DNA of 64,000 nucleotides. Origin: Spirochaetia bacterium. GTDB taxonomy: Bacteria > Spirochaetota > Spirochaetia > SZUA-6 > Bin103. The stretch covers positions 7,168,001 through 7,232,000 of the forward strand of contig CBDBDQ010000005.1 of the NCBI GenBank assembly GCA_965203905.1. The letters run 5' to 3'. Below the pieces are notes generated by a model. That model did not search any database, was not told where the DNA came from, and worked only from the letters and a program-made list of their open reading frames with translations. A program made the position numbers and the translations under genes. Below, piece by piece: positions 7,469-18,100 of this stretch. Every line of letters begins with the position of its first letter. Positions within the stretch are counted from its first letter, which is position 1.

Positions 7469-9979
7469 TCACCATCTCCGTGAGGTGCGGATCCCGCGGC
7501 CGGCGATGAAGTCCCGGTAACGGGAGAAGGCGGCGTCGACCTGCTCCGGAGTCAGGTCGAAGTCCTCCAGGTGGTAGCGGTGCCGTACCTCGTGCCGGCG
7601 CTGCTCCGCCTGCCGCGCCTGCCACGCTTCCATGGTGGCGAGGGCGTCCGGCTCCAGCGTCCAGCCGAAGTGCTCGTAAATGGCGCGCACCGTGGCCCAC
7701 GGGTTGTCCACCAGGTCGACGTAGCTCACGTCGCACCAGCGCTGCTGCAACTCGGGATGAGCCTCCCGGAAAGCCACGGCTCGATCGAGCATGGTGCTCA
7801 TGTCAGCGAGCTGCTCGGCTCCAAGGACGCCGCGCGGAGTCGGTTCGGTGGTGCGAGTGCGGAGCTGCTCGATCAGGCTCACCCACGAGCCCGTGAACTC
7901 CCGAGGCTCGCGGTGGGTCTGGATGAAACACGCGTCCGGGTAAGCGCCCATCAGCGCCTCCAGCTCCATCAGATGGACGGGCGCCTTCAACAGCCACTGC
8001 GCCTCCTGCCCGGGTTGCTGCATACGCCGCTGCCAAGTGAAGTGCTGCAGGGCACGGCGGTGGTAGCCGTAGGCGCGCTGCGAACCGGCCGTGGCGAGCC
8101 ATCGTCCATACTCAGGCACCAGATAGATGTTGGTGTTGGACCAGGATCGGAAGGTATGCCGCAGGAGGGGGAGATCCTCCTCGGGCTCGTCGACGGCGAT
8201 GTGATGCGCGCCCGCGAACGATTCGAAGAAACCCGCGGCCACGAACACGTCCAGCAGCCGCGCACGGCGGATGTCGGCATCGGTCCAGGCCCTGGCGTAA
8301 TCGCCGTCCGGCACCACCGGTTCCGCCAACTCGTAGCTGCGCAGGGTCCAGAAGCGCGGATCGCGCGCCAGCAGGCGGTGCAGGAACGTGGTCCCCGTGC
8401 GGTTGATGCCGACGATGAACACCGGTCGCACGATCTCCTCGCGTTCGATCTCCGGGTGCCGCAATCGCTCGCCGGTGAGTGCTGCATTGTTGCGCAGGCT
8501 GGCGCTCAGATCGGAGACGACGACGGCGCGCTTGGCCTTCAGCAGGCGCGCCTCCGGCGCCCGCAGAGCCGCCACGAGGTGGGCAAGTCCGTCGCGTATC
8601 CAGTCGGGATAGGTCTCGGCGTACGGGGCTCCGAAGCGGTGCGCGTAGCGCTCGGCCCGCGTGAGCAGGCGGTCGTAGTCGATGCGTGGCTGCGGCAGGG
8701 AAAAGGGCCACTGCTGCCGATGCTCCCTGATCCAGTCGTTGGTGCGCCGGAACATGGTCAGGATCCCCGGCCACTCGATCGGAAACGGACAGTCCGCGTG
8801 CAGGGCGTGGTCGCTGACCGGCAGGTTGGTCAGCGCCTTGCTCGCACTGAACCAGTAGGGCGCGAACTTCTCGAACAGCGCCAGGTAGCCGTGCAGCGGC
8901 GAGTCCTCGCCGCGCGCCTGGCAGGCGCGCTTGAAGGTATCGTACGGAACCTCGCGCAGATAGAGACCGAAGTCGGCCAGCTCCAGGTCGTGAGGGACCG
9001 GATTGGCGTTGCAGCAGTGATACAGGGCGAATTGCCGCCTGGGATTGGAGGCGATCGCGGTACAGATCCGGCTGAGGGTGTCGACGGTGTGGTTCTGCCG
9101 CTGAAACGAAAAGCCGTCCGGAATCAAATTCACGTCGGCAACCGCGGCGTACACCCGCACGGAGGTATCGCCGGGCTGGGTGTACCCGGTGGTGGAGCGG
9201 CTGGTCAGCGGCAAGCGAAAGACCGCCGCCGGCAGACCGGCCTGATGCGCGAACAGCACGCTCTGCTCGGCGACCAGCTTGCTCCACGAGTAGCCGCCGA
9301 GGGAGAGCGGGAACATGCGCTTCATCTCAGCGAGGTCGGGCTGTCCCTGATGCTCGATGCCGCGACCGGCGAACTCGTTGGCGAAGTCGCAGAAGTACTG
9401 CGGAAACACCCCCATGGTGGAGGCGTGGAACAGGTGCTTGCGGCGGGTGTGCAGGCACAGGTCCAGTACGTTGCGCATGCTGAACGCGTTGGTCCTGCGG
9501 ATGGCGCTATAGGAGGTCGAGAGGCTCACTTCGGCCGCGAAGTGATAGACCGCGTCGATGCGCCGGGCCAGGTCGTCGAAGCGGTCCGGGCCGAGACCGA
9601 AGCGCGTCTCGCACAGGTCGCCCTCCACGACGCGGATGCGGGCCGCGTACGCCTCGTCCCAGATCTCCGCCGCCTCCATGGCGACGCGCAGGCGCTGCAG
9701 TCCGTGCTCGCCGTCTGTGACCCGCACCAGGCAGTGCACCACCAGGTCGCCGTCCAGGCGCAGCAGGTCGCGCAGCACGAATCGGCCCACGAACCCGGTC
9801 GCCCCCGTCAGCAGCACCTCCCGCACCTCCGTGACCGGCACCGCGGGCGCCTGATTGCCATCGCCGATGGCGCGGCGAACGAACGCCCGCAGGCTGTCCA
9901 GGTCGCGTTGGCACTGCGGCGGCAGCGCGCCGCGCAGCGGCGCTACTCTCCTGTCGGCCGCGGTTGTCGCGTACTGCAC
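7469..9979 (-). CDS. swfB: Thioester reductase (R) + sulfotransferase fusion, SwfB-like
   Basis: N-terminal LLTGATGFVG and YSWSK (extended SDR); C-terminal VFIVGINRTGTTFLHRLL PAPS-binding loop, WLLKAP, THR; downstream of the monomodular PKS. Confidence 0.85.
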   Translation of the reverse strand: MQYATTAADRRVAPLRGALPPQCQRDLDSLRAFVRRAIGDGNQAPAVPVTEVREVLLTGATGFVGRFVLRDLLRLDGDLVVHCLVRVTDGEHGLQRLRVAMEAAEIWDEAYAARIRVVEGDLCETRFGLGPDRFDDLARRIDAVYHFAAEVSLSTSYSAIRRTNAFSMRNVLDLCLHTRRKHLFHASTMGVFPQYFCDFANEFAGRGIEHQGQPDLAEMKRMFPLSLGGYSWSKLVAEQSVLFAHQAGLPAAVFRLPLTSRSTTGYTQPGDTSVRVYAAVADVNLIPDGFSFQRQNHTVDTLSRICTAIASNPRRQFALYHCCNANPVPHDLELADFGLYLREVPYDTFKRACQARGEDSPLHGYLALFEKFAPYWFSASKALTNLPVSDHALHADCPFPIEWPGILTMFRRTNDWIREHRQQWPFSLPQPRIDYDRLLTRAERYAHRFGAPYAETYPDWIRDGLAHLVAALRAPEARLLKAKRAVVVSDLSASLRNNAALTGERLRHPEIEREEIVRPVFIVGINRTGTTFLHRLLARDPRFWTLRSYELAEPVVPDGDYARAWTDADIRRARLLDVFVAAGFFESFAGAHHIAVDEPEEDLPLLRHTFRSWSNTNIYLVPEYGRWLATAGSQRAYGYHRRALQHFTWQRRMQQPGQEAQWLLKAPVHLMELEALMGAYPDACFIQTHREPREFTGSWVSLIEQLRTRTTEPTPRGVLGAEQLADMSTMLDRAVAFREAHPELQQRWCDVSYVDLVDNPWATVRAIYEHFGWTLEPDALATMEAWQARQAEQRRHEVRHRYHLEDFDLTPEQVDAAFSRYRDFIAGRGIRTSRRW

Positions 9980-10161
9980 GACGGGTTAGGTTTGGCCCCC
10001 TGTGGAACTCAGATCACTCTTGAGGAACTGAAGACCAAGAGCGAAATCGTGCACTAGCTCGCAACGAAAACCGCCAAGCTCGGTTACGACATTCTGGTCA
10101 TCGAAGTCCGAGTCTCTGCAAATGAAGTGGCTCTTCCGTTGGTGACATCCATGCAGATGCG

Positions 10162-11716
10162 GTAACTATTCAGCCTGGGTGGCGGGCGTGAGGCAAGGCG
10201 GGGTCGTCGGGTGGCCGTCAAAGACGTTCGTCAGGGCTTCCAGTACGTTCAGGCCGTTCTTGCGGATGGTGGAGATATAGGATCTGGCCCGGCAGAAGGC
10301 GACAGCTCCTGCGGCGCTCCGGAACGTCCCAGATATCTTCTGCTGCACTTTCATCATCCGTAGATCTCGTTCCGCCAGGTTGTTGTCGAACGGCACCCCA
10401 AAGTCATCCATGAACGCCAACACCTGGGGCCAGCGGCCGGCCAGCCGCAGCAGCAGGTTGCGCGCTTTGCTCTGCTTCTTGCGACCGCGTTTCTTGGCGC
10501 TGCCCGGAACCTCGGGGGGCGCCGGGTTGGCCTGCAGTCCGGCGTTGATGATGCGGTGGTAGGCGGCCACATAGCGCTCCCGTACCGACTCGGGGAGCTG
10601 GCGACGCTGCTCCTGGACTGCTGCCTCCACCGCGCCCTTGATCTCCACCAGCAACTCGATCAGGGTCGCTGCCCAGTCCTGCCCGTACTGTTCGTGGATG
10701 AAGGTCAGCTCCCGCAGATGATGGCCGTTACACAGTCCATGGTCGCAGGGGTAACCAAAGTAGCTCTGCCAGTTATCGTGCACCGCCGTGCCGCCAAACT
10801 CGGGCAAGATGCCGATCGCCGCGAACGCTTCCCGGCCCCGCTTGGCATGTCCCTCGTAGTAGGTCAACAACTCCGTGCTCGCCACGTGCAGCCAGTGCAA
10901 CTCGCCACCGATGCTCATCCCGGTCTCATCAAAACACACCACTGGCTGAGTTCTCAGGGCAGCACGGAGTTGCTCGTTGATCCCGCTCAAGCGCTCGCCG
11001 CAGCGCTCGTTGATGGTCACCAAGGTTCCCACGCTCACCGGGATCGAAAATAGATCCGCGAACAGCTCGGCCGTGCGCTGATACGGCAGCAACCCATAGT
11101 TGCGCAGATATGCCGCTACCGCTTGCAGCCGCGGGCCGTACTGCACCGGCTGCGTGACTGCGGCGGGGAACTCGGCGGCGTTGAGCTGGCCGCAGTCCGG
11201 GCAGCGCTTGCGCTCCGCTCGATGCTCGCTGACCGCCACCGGCAGCGGCGGCAGATCGAACACTTGGCGGCGCTCGTAGTCTGCCACTGGCTCACCGTAC
11301 AGTGAGCAGCCACACCGGCAACGCTCCACCGGGTGGATGGCAATCGTGTCCGGCTGCGCCACTTGGCGCAGTGTGGCGCCGGCATGCTCAGGCTGACCGC
11401 CCGCCCGCTTGGCGGTGGCGCGCTTGCGGCGTGATTGCTTGCGGTTCAGTTGCTTGCGTTGGAAGCTGTCGCGTGACGGTGGCTTGCCGCTGTCGTGACT
11501 GTCCTGCTTCAGTTCCTTGAGTTCCTGCTCCAGCGCCGTGATCCGTTGCTCCTGCTGCTCGATGATCCCTTCGATCAAGGCTAGCACTGCTTCCGGGCCG
11601 GCCGCGTAGACCTTGAGAATCTCCTCCCGCGTGATCTTGAAGCTGGTGCCCACTCTCTGGCCTTCGGCCGGGAGCGCAGATTCCTTGAGCCTTTTTTCGC
11701 GGGGCTGAATAGTTAC
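10162..11716 (-). mobile_element. IS66-family insertion sequence (single-ORF, ISBst12-like group), 1555 bp
   Basis: Perfect 14-bp terminal inverted repeats GTAACTATTCAGCC (10162-10175 and 11703-11716); 8-bp target duplication CAGATGCG (10154-10161 and 11717-11724); only tnpC inside. Confidence 0.95.
10166..11653 (-). CDS. tnpC: IS66 DDE transposase
   Basis: Coiled coil + DSHDSGKPPSRD, GGQPEH, Zn ribbon, DETG, CNGHHLREL, VPFDNNLAERDLRMMKVQQKISG; start placed at the first GTG inside the TIR. Confidence 0.93.
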   Translation of the reverse strand: MGTSFKITREEILKVYAAGPEAVLALIEGIIEQQEQRITALEQELKELKQDSHDSGKPPSRDSFQRKQLNRKQSRRKRATAKRAGGQPEHAGATLRQVAQPDTIAIHPVERCRCGCSLYGEPVADYERRQVFDLPPLPVAVSEHRAERKRCPDCGQLNAAEFPAAVTQPVQYGPRLQAVAAYLRNYGLLPYQRTAELFADLFSIPVSVGTLVTINERCGERLSGINEQLRAALRTQPVVCFDETGMSIGGELHWLHVASTELLTYYEGHAKRGREAFAAIGILPEFGGTAVHDNWQSYFGYPCDHGLCNGHHLRELTFIHEQYGQDWAATLIELLVEIKGAVEAAVQEQRRQLPESVRERYVAAYHRIINAGLQANPAPPEVPGSAKKRGRKKQSKARNLLLRLAGRWPQVLAFMDDFGVPFDNNLAERDLRMMKVQQKISGTFRSAAGAVAFCRARSYISTIRKNGLNVLEALTNVFDGHPTTPPCLTPATQAE

Positions 11717-11741
11717 CAGATGCGAAACTATGACGTTCACA

Positions 11742-12101
11742 CTACCGCTTCGTACTCGATATGTCCGTCCCGGACCGCGGTGTCAAGTCCGGACTCGACG
11801 AGTAAATGCGCTTGGGACTTACGCCGGCACCCTCGAAATAAGGCGCGAATTCCGCTGTCGTGTCGGCTTTGTGAGTTGGCGGGACCGGGCCAAGCCTTGC
11901 CCCCGAATCCTTCCACATATACAGACGGTCAGGCGTTACCAACAGAAAGAAGTCGACACCGTCGGTTTCCCAGCGGGCAAGGATGTTCCGCCTTGTGAAC
12001 TTGGCCCACTCGATCGAGGTACGCGTCTTGCTCTTGATCTCTACGACGGCCGTCAACCGACCATGAGAATTAAAAAGAGCTAAATCGGCGCGGGCACTCA
12101 C
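11742..12101 (-). pseudogene. Hypothetical PD-(D/E)XK-like protein, apparently frameshifted or internally deleted near its 3' end
   Basis: ADLALFN...VVEIK motif. Near 11800 an alternative frame reads LVESGLDTAVRDGHIEYEAVV* and its TGA (11739-11737) overlaps the next GTG, implying that frame is the original C-terminus. Confidence 0.55.
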
Positions 12102-12147
12102 TTGGCACTACCTCTTCGTAACGGGCGTTGGGCAGACGATGCTCCCA

Positions 12148-15100
12148 TCAAGATGGTTTGGTCAAGGAGTCCGCGGTCGCCGCGGCGCCGTTGGGGAAGT
12201 GGTCGGCAGGGGTGCTGCCGAAGACGGAGGGCACGCGGCGGGCGGGCGGTATCTCCGCCTCTGCCTGCTGGGCGCCGGCAGTCTCGGCGCCGGCTTCCTC
12301 GTCGTCGCCGCCCTGGTCCCCCAGCATGATCGCTTCGGCGAGCGACAGGCAGGTAGCGGTGGTCATCAGCTCCAGGGCGCTGACCTGGTAGTTGAACTGC
12401 ATGCGGATGAATGCTCCCAGCTCGGCGACCGAGATCGAGGTCAGACCGAAGCTGGACAGCGGCTCCTCGGGGCTGCCTTCGTCGTGGCCGCACAGCTCGG
12501 CCACCTTGGCAGCGATCTGCTCCACCACCGCCTCCTGAGTGAGCAGGCCGCCGGCGTCGACCGCGAACGCGTCCTGGTTGCTGAGGACCCGGCCGGTGCG
12601 CAGGTAGTCGGGCGAGTCCACGGTCCAGGGTGGACGCGAGAACAGGGCGGTAACCAAGTGGTCGCGGTCGCCCATGGCGCGCATGGCGTAGTCGAGGTTG
12701 GTGATGGCGAAGTCGGCACTGATCGGCGGCACGCCGCCGGCCCTGCTCATGCGCAGCACGTGCAGGTTGCGGGCCGCCATGCCCGCCTCGGCGACCGCGG
12801 CCAGGTTGTAGCTCAGCGCCGGCAGGCCCTGGCCCCGCCGCAGGGCGGCCAGGCCGTCGACGAATCCGTTGGCGGCGCTGTAGTTGATCTGGCCCGGGTT
12901 GCCGAGCGTCGAGGCGATCGACGAAAACAGCACGAAGTGGTCGAGGTCGCAGTCGGCGGTGGCGCGGTGCAGGTTGAGGGCGCCGCGCGCCTTGGGCGCG
13001 AACACCTTGGCCAACGACTCGGGAGTGAGATCGGCGAGCAGGCAGTCGTCCAGGGCGCCTGCCAGGTGGAACACCCCCTTCAACGGCCGCCCCAGTGTGG
13101 CGATGCAGCGCCGCACGTCTGTCTCCTCGGCGACGTCGCCGGCCACGATGTCAATCTCGATGTCGTCCGAGAGGTAGAACAGGGCACTGGTCTTGCGCAG
13201 CCAGTCGGCGCTGCGGCCGTGCTGCGGATTGCGGTCCAGCAGGGTGATGTGGCGCGCGCCGGCCGTTGCCAGGTAGGGCAGCAGCAGGCGGCCGAAGCCG
13301 CCGAACGCGCCGGTGACCAGGTAGGTTGCCTCGGAATCGAGGTAGGGGCGCAGATCGGCAACCGAGAGCGGATCGTGGCTGTCGTCGGCGGCGGCCGGCG
13401 GGGCCTGCAGGACCAGTTTGCCGGTGTGCTGGCCCGTGGTCATCAGGCGCAACGGCTCTTCGTAATCGCGGTAGGGGAAGGTGGTGATCGGCAGCGGCGG
13501 CACCGCGCCCTGCTCCAGCAGGTCCAGGCACTCCTGCGACAGCTCGCGCGTCAGGTACGGGTCGTCGTTCATCAGGCGGTCGACGTCTACGGCCGCAAAG
13601 CGCAGGTTCTTGCGGAACACGGAAAGGCTCAGCGCGTTGTCGGCGTAGATATCCACCTTGCCGATCTCGCAATGCCAGCCGCCGGGCCGTAGCGCCTCCA
13701 GGCACAGGGCGATGTGGCGCCCTGCCAGCGAGTTCAGCACCACGTCGACCCCTTCTCCGCCGGTCGCCGCCAAAAGCTCGTCGTACCAGTCGAGGCTGTG
13801 CGAATCGAAGGCCGCCTGGACCCCCAGCTCCCGGAGCTGCTCGCGCTTGCTCTCGCTGCCGGCGGTGGCGTAGATCTCTGCCCCGGCGTGCCTGGCCAGG
13901 GCGATCGCCGCCTGGCCGACGCCGCCCATGGCGGAGTGGACCAGCACCCGCTGGCCCTTGCGCAGCCGCGCCAGGTGGATCAGGGAGTAGTAGGCGGTGA
14001 CGTAGACCGACAGCACGGAGGCTGCGTGCTCCATGCTCAGCGCCTCGGGCTTGACGAACACCAGGTAGTCCTTGACCACTGCACGATTGGCGATGCAGCC
14101 GCCCTGGGTGAACACTACCGCGTCGCCGACGCGGCAGGTACGGACCGACTCCCCCGCGCGGCGCACGACACCACTGGCCTCCAACCCAACCGTTCGGCCG
14201 AGCGCGGAGCGCTCGAACGAGCTTGACGGCAACAGCCCCAGCGTTACCATCACGTCGCGAAAGTTGAGCGCCGCGGCAGCCACCTCGATCTCGACGTCGT
14301 GTGCTCCGAGGGGTGCAGGCTCGTAGCTCTTCATCTGCAGGCCGCCGATCTGCCCCGGGTTGTCCAGCGACAGCCGGTAGGCGGCATCCTCGCCAGCCGG
14401 GACGTGGGCAAACCGTTCGCGGAGGCTGACCAGCCGCGGCACCCAGAAGCGGTTGCCCCGTATTGCCAACTCGCGCTCCCGTAGGTCGCAGCCATCGAGC
14501 CGTGCCAGCGCATCCAGATCCTCGCGCGCGCCCAGGTCCACCAGGCGGAAGTCGATCCGCGCAGCCGTACCCGCATCCGCGGCCACCTCCTCGGTGATGG
14601 CGCGCAGCGCCCCCCACACGGCACTGGCACGCGGTTCGTTCACCTCGAAGACGGCTTGGCGCGTAACCACGGTCAGGCGGCACTGCGCCTGCGCCTGCGC
14701 CACCCGGTACGGTATCAGCGCCTTGACGAATGCGACCAGACGCCACGCCAGTTTCTCACCGGTGGGGTCGTCCGGGTGGTCACCGCACAGGAAGTCGATC
14801 GCCCGCAGGTCGGCGGCGTGCGGCCAGTCTGCCAACTCGGCGACGCGGTCGTCGGCCAGCTCCGCGTACGGTATGGCGGCTGCCGGACTCCCTACCTGCT
14901 CGAGCCGCGCCAACCACTCGTCCGCCAGGCTGCCCGGTTCGCCGATCACCCAGCGCGGGGCGGCGAGCTGCGGTGGCTCGGCGGCCTCGGGAGTAGCGAG
15001 CGGCGCCTGCAGGAGGGTAGCGCGGCGCCCGCAACGCACCGTGGACCAGCCGCCTGCATCCCAGCCGGAGCCTGGCTCGCTGGCGTCGCAGTTGCCGGAA

Positions 15101-18100
15101 TCCGCGGCCGCCGTGCCCCCGTCGTGGCAGACCAGCGCCAGGCCGCCGGGCACCGCCAGCCGGCGCAGCAGGCGCCACTGCTCCGGGCCGTACGCCGCTG
15201 CCTCGTCGTGCAGCAGCAGGATCTCGGCCGCATGCGGCCGCAGCAGGCCGGTGTTCAACTCCAGCGCTCGATCGGCGGCGGGGTCCAGGACAGCGAAACG
15301 CAGGGCGGCGTCGCGGTTGTGGTACGCGTCGTAGTGGGCGCGCACCAACTCGTCGGTGTTGCCCAGCAGCCAGTATTCGGTCTGGGCGGGCGCGCTGCCC
15401 AGGTAATCCAGGCACCGATTGACGATGGCCTGCTCGGGGGCACGCATGCCGGCGACCTCAATCACGTGGCAGGCGTATCGCTGCTCCAGGGCGGCGATCA
15501 GCGCCGCGGGATCGATCTCGTCCTCGTCGCCGCCGGCCAGGCGGGGCAGGAGTGAACGCGCCTCCGGGACGAACTTGGGCTGCCAGGAGACGGCGTGCTT
15601 GCTGTGCGGACGGTCGTTCCAACTCGGGTTGGAATTGAACGAAAGGTACGCGTCGATGGACAGCACCAACTCGCCGGTGGCACCGTCATATACCCGGATG
15701 CTGCCCCCGGAACGATCGCCGCGCCGCTCCGTGTACTGCCCCAGCTCGTTGACGTCGGCCCAGTCCGGCTCCTTCTCCACGTAGCAGGTGAGGCGCGGCC
15801 CGGTCGGCGGGCGCAGGAACGTCAGCCCCACGGCACGCCGCGGCATGCTGAAGATGTCGGTGGCGTGCAGCAGGTGGTAGAGGAAGATCTGCAAGGCCCC
15901 GTCGAGCAGCGCGGGGTTGACGACGTAGCCCTCCTCGCGGCCGTCCAACCAAAGCTGCTGGTCCATCTCGACGTCGAACAGGTAGTTGGCGGTGGAGTCC
16001 TCCCACAGCACGCGCTGGATGTTGCGGAAGTGGGGGCCGTACTGAAACGTCTCGCCGAGGCTGGCTTCGAGGCGTTCATAGAAATCGGTCTCGCCGACGT
16101 AGTAGTAGGGCTCGAAGCGGGAGCTGTCGATGTCCGCCAGCCGCTGCGGCCCGGTCACCGGGTGGTCATCGCTCACCAGCCGCAGCGTGCCGCGTGAGTG
16201 CAACTCGCTCTTGGCGTCCACGTCGTAGGCGCGGGACGAGATGGTGAACGTGTAATGGCCGGGCGCGCCGGTCACTGGGAACAGCTCGGTCTGCAGCCGC
16301 ACTGGAGTCCTCGGGATCGGGCACGGCTGCAGGAACTCGAGCGTCTCCACGTACAGCGGCGCGCCCCCGAACGCCTGCAGCAGCAGCTCGATATAACCGG
16401 CTGCCGGCATGATCGAGGCATGATGTACACGGTGCTCGGCCAGCCAGGGGAAGTCGCGTTCCGACAGCCGCCCCTCGAACAGCAGGTGGTCGCACGGCAC
16501 CCGGTGGCCGATCAGCGGGCCGTGGGCGTACTCGGCTGCCTGAAGGAACATCTCGTCGTCGCTCATCTCGTCGGCCGCGGTCTGCTCGGAACGCGGATAG
16601 CCGGGTAGCAGGTGGGCGACCGGCTCGGGCCGCGGATACTGCGCCGCGAAGTCCAGCTCCACGCCGGCACGGAACAGCGCGCCGAGCGCCTCGTGGAATC
16701 CGAGGCAGACGTCGATGTCGCGCCTCAGCGTGGGGATGCTGACCGCGCTCGATGCGTTGCTCTCCAGGCACTGGACGATCGAGGACTGCAGGGCGCTGTG
16801 TGGAGCGAGTTCAAGCACCACGTCGGGCCGGAAGTCGCGCACCGCAGTCTCCAGGGCGGTGGCGAAGCGTACCCGACGGCGGATGTTGGTCCACCAGTAG
16901 GCGTTGTCCAGCCGCTCAGTGCGCTTTCCGGTCACCGCGGAGACGAACGGCACCGCCGCGTCGAATTCGGCGTCGTTGAGGAAGGAGAGCGCTTCGTGGG
17001 CGTCCTCCTCGAGCTGATCCATGGCCGCCGAATGGAACGCGATGTTGCCAGGCAGCAGGCGGTGCTGCAGGTTGCGCCGTTCCAGTTCCTCCACCACCGG
17101 CCGCAGCGCCTCTTCCCTGCCGCAGATCACCGTGCTCGCCGGCGCGTTCTCGCAGGCGATCTCCACCGGCGGCGCGGCGCCGTTCTCGGCGCGAAACGGG
17201 ATTTCCAGCTCGTGGAGCAGCCGCTCCACGCCCGCCAGGTCGAGGCCGATCGGCAGCATCCGGCCGGAGCCGGCAGTGCGCTGCTGCAGGGTGGCGCGGT
17301 GGTACACCAGGCGCGTCGCCTCGGCCAGCGGCAGCGCCCCTGACGCGTACGCGGCGGCCACCTCGCCGGAGCTGTGGCCGACAACGCAGTCGGGATATAC
17401 GCCCCAGGTCTTGAACAGCTCGACCAGCGCGCACTGCAGCATGTAGGTAACCGGCTGCGCCAGCCGGCACTCGTTGAGCTCGGCCTGCGGTGCCTCGAAC
17501 GCGGCCGCCCGTAGCGAGGTGTCGGAGTGCTCGAGCCATTGCTCCTCGATGGCGTCGACGGCGCGGCGGAATACCGGGTGGGCGTCATACAGCGCACGCC
17601 CGCAGCCGGCCCACTGCGTGCCCTGGCCGGTGAACACCATCAGCAGCCGGCGCCGGCCCTCGTCCACGGTAGCCACCGGCTCCGAGTTCTCGACGAATGC
17701 GTCGAGCGCCTCTTTCAGTTGCTCGGTATCGTGGACGGCGAACGCCGCGCGCACCGCGAAGTGGGTGCGGCGGCGGCTGAGGTTGCCGGCCAGTGTGTAC
17801 AGGTCGGCGGGCGGCGCGTCGAGCGCCTGCTGCAGCCTGCGTGCGCTCTCCACCAGGGAGCCGCCAGTGCGCGCCGACAACGGAACCAGGTAGCCGGCAC
17901 GCGGCGCCAGCGGCAGCGACCAGATACGAGGCTGCTCGGGGCGATACTCGCGCACCACGCAGTGGCCGTTGGAGCCGCCGAAGCCGAACGAGTTGATGCC
18001 CACCACCACCGGATGGTCCGGGAACGGTTCGCACTCGGTCTGCACCTGCATGCCGAGACCGTCGAAGTCGATCTCCGGGTTGGGCACCAGGTGGTTCCTG

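Larger units (their letters stand above)
9986..11740 (-). pseudogene. PIN-domain-like gene remnant interrupted by IS66
   Basis: Removing the IS and one TSD copy joins 11740-11717 to 10153-9986 in frame: VNVIVSHL-HGCHQRKSHFICRDSDFDDQNVVTELGGFRCELVHDFALGLQFLKS...stop (63 aa). The DSDF segment resembles a PIN C-terminus (recalled, not searched). Confidence 0.55.

Noticed and set aside
7571-10057. 828-aa plus-strand ORF
   Set aside because: Antisense shadow of the swfB-like gene with no motifs; long shadow ORFs are expected at high GC.
11654-11740. N-terminal extension of the IS66 transposase in the ORF track
   Set aside because: It crosses the TIR and TSD; the first codons belong to the interrupted target gene.
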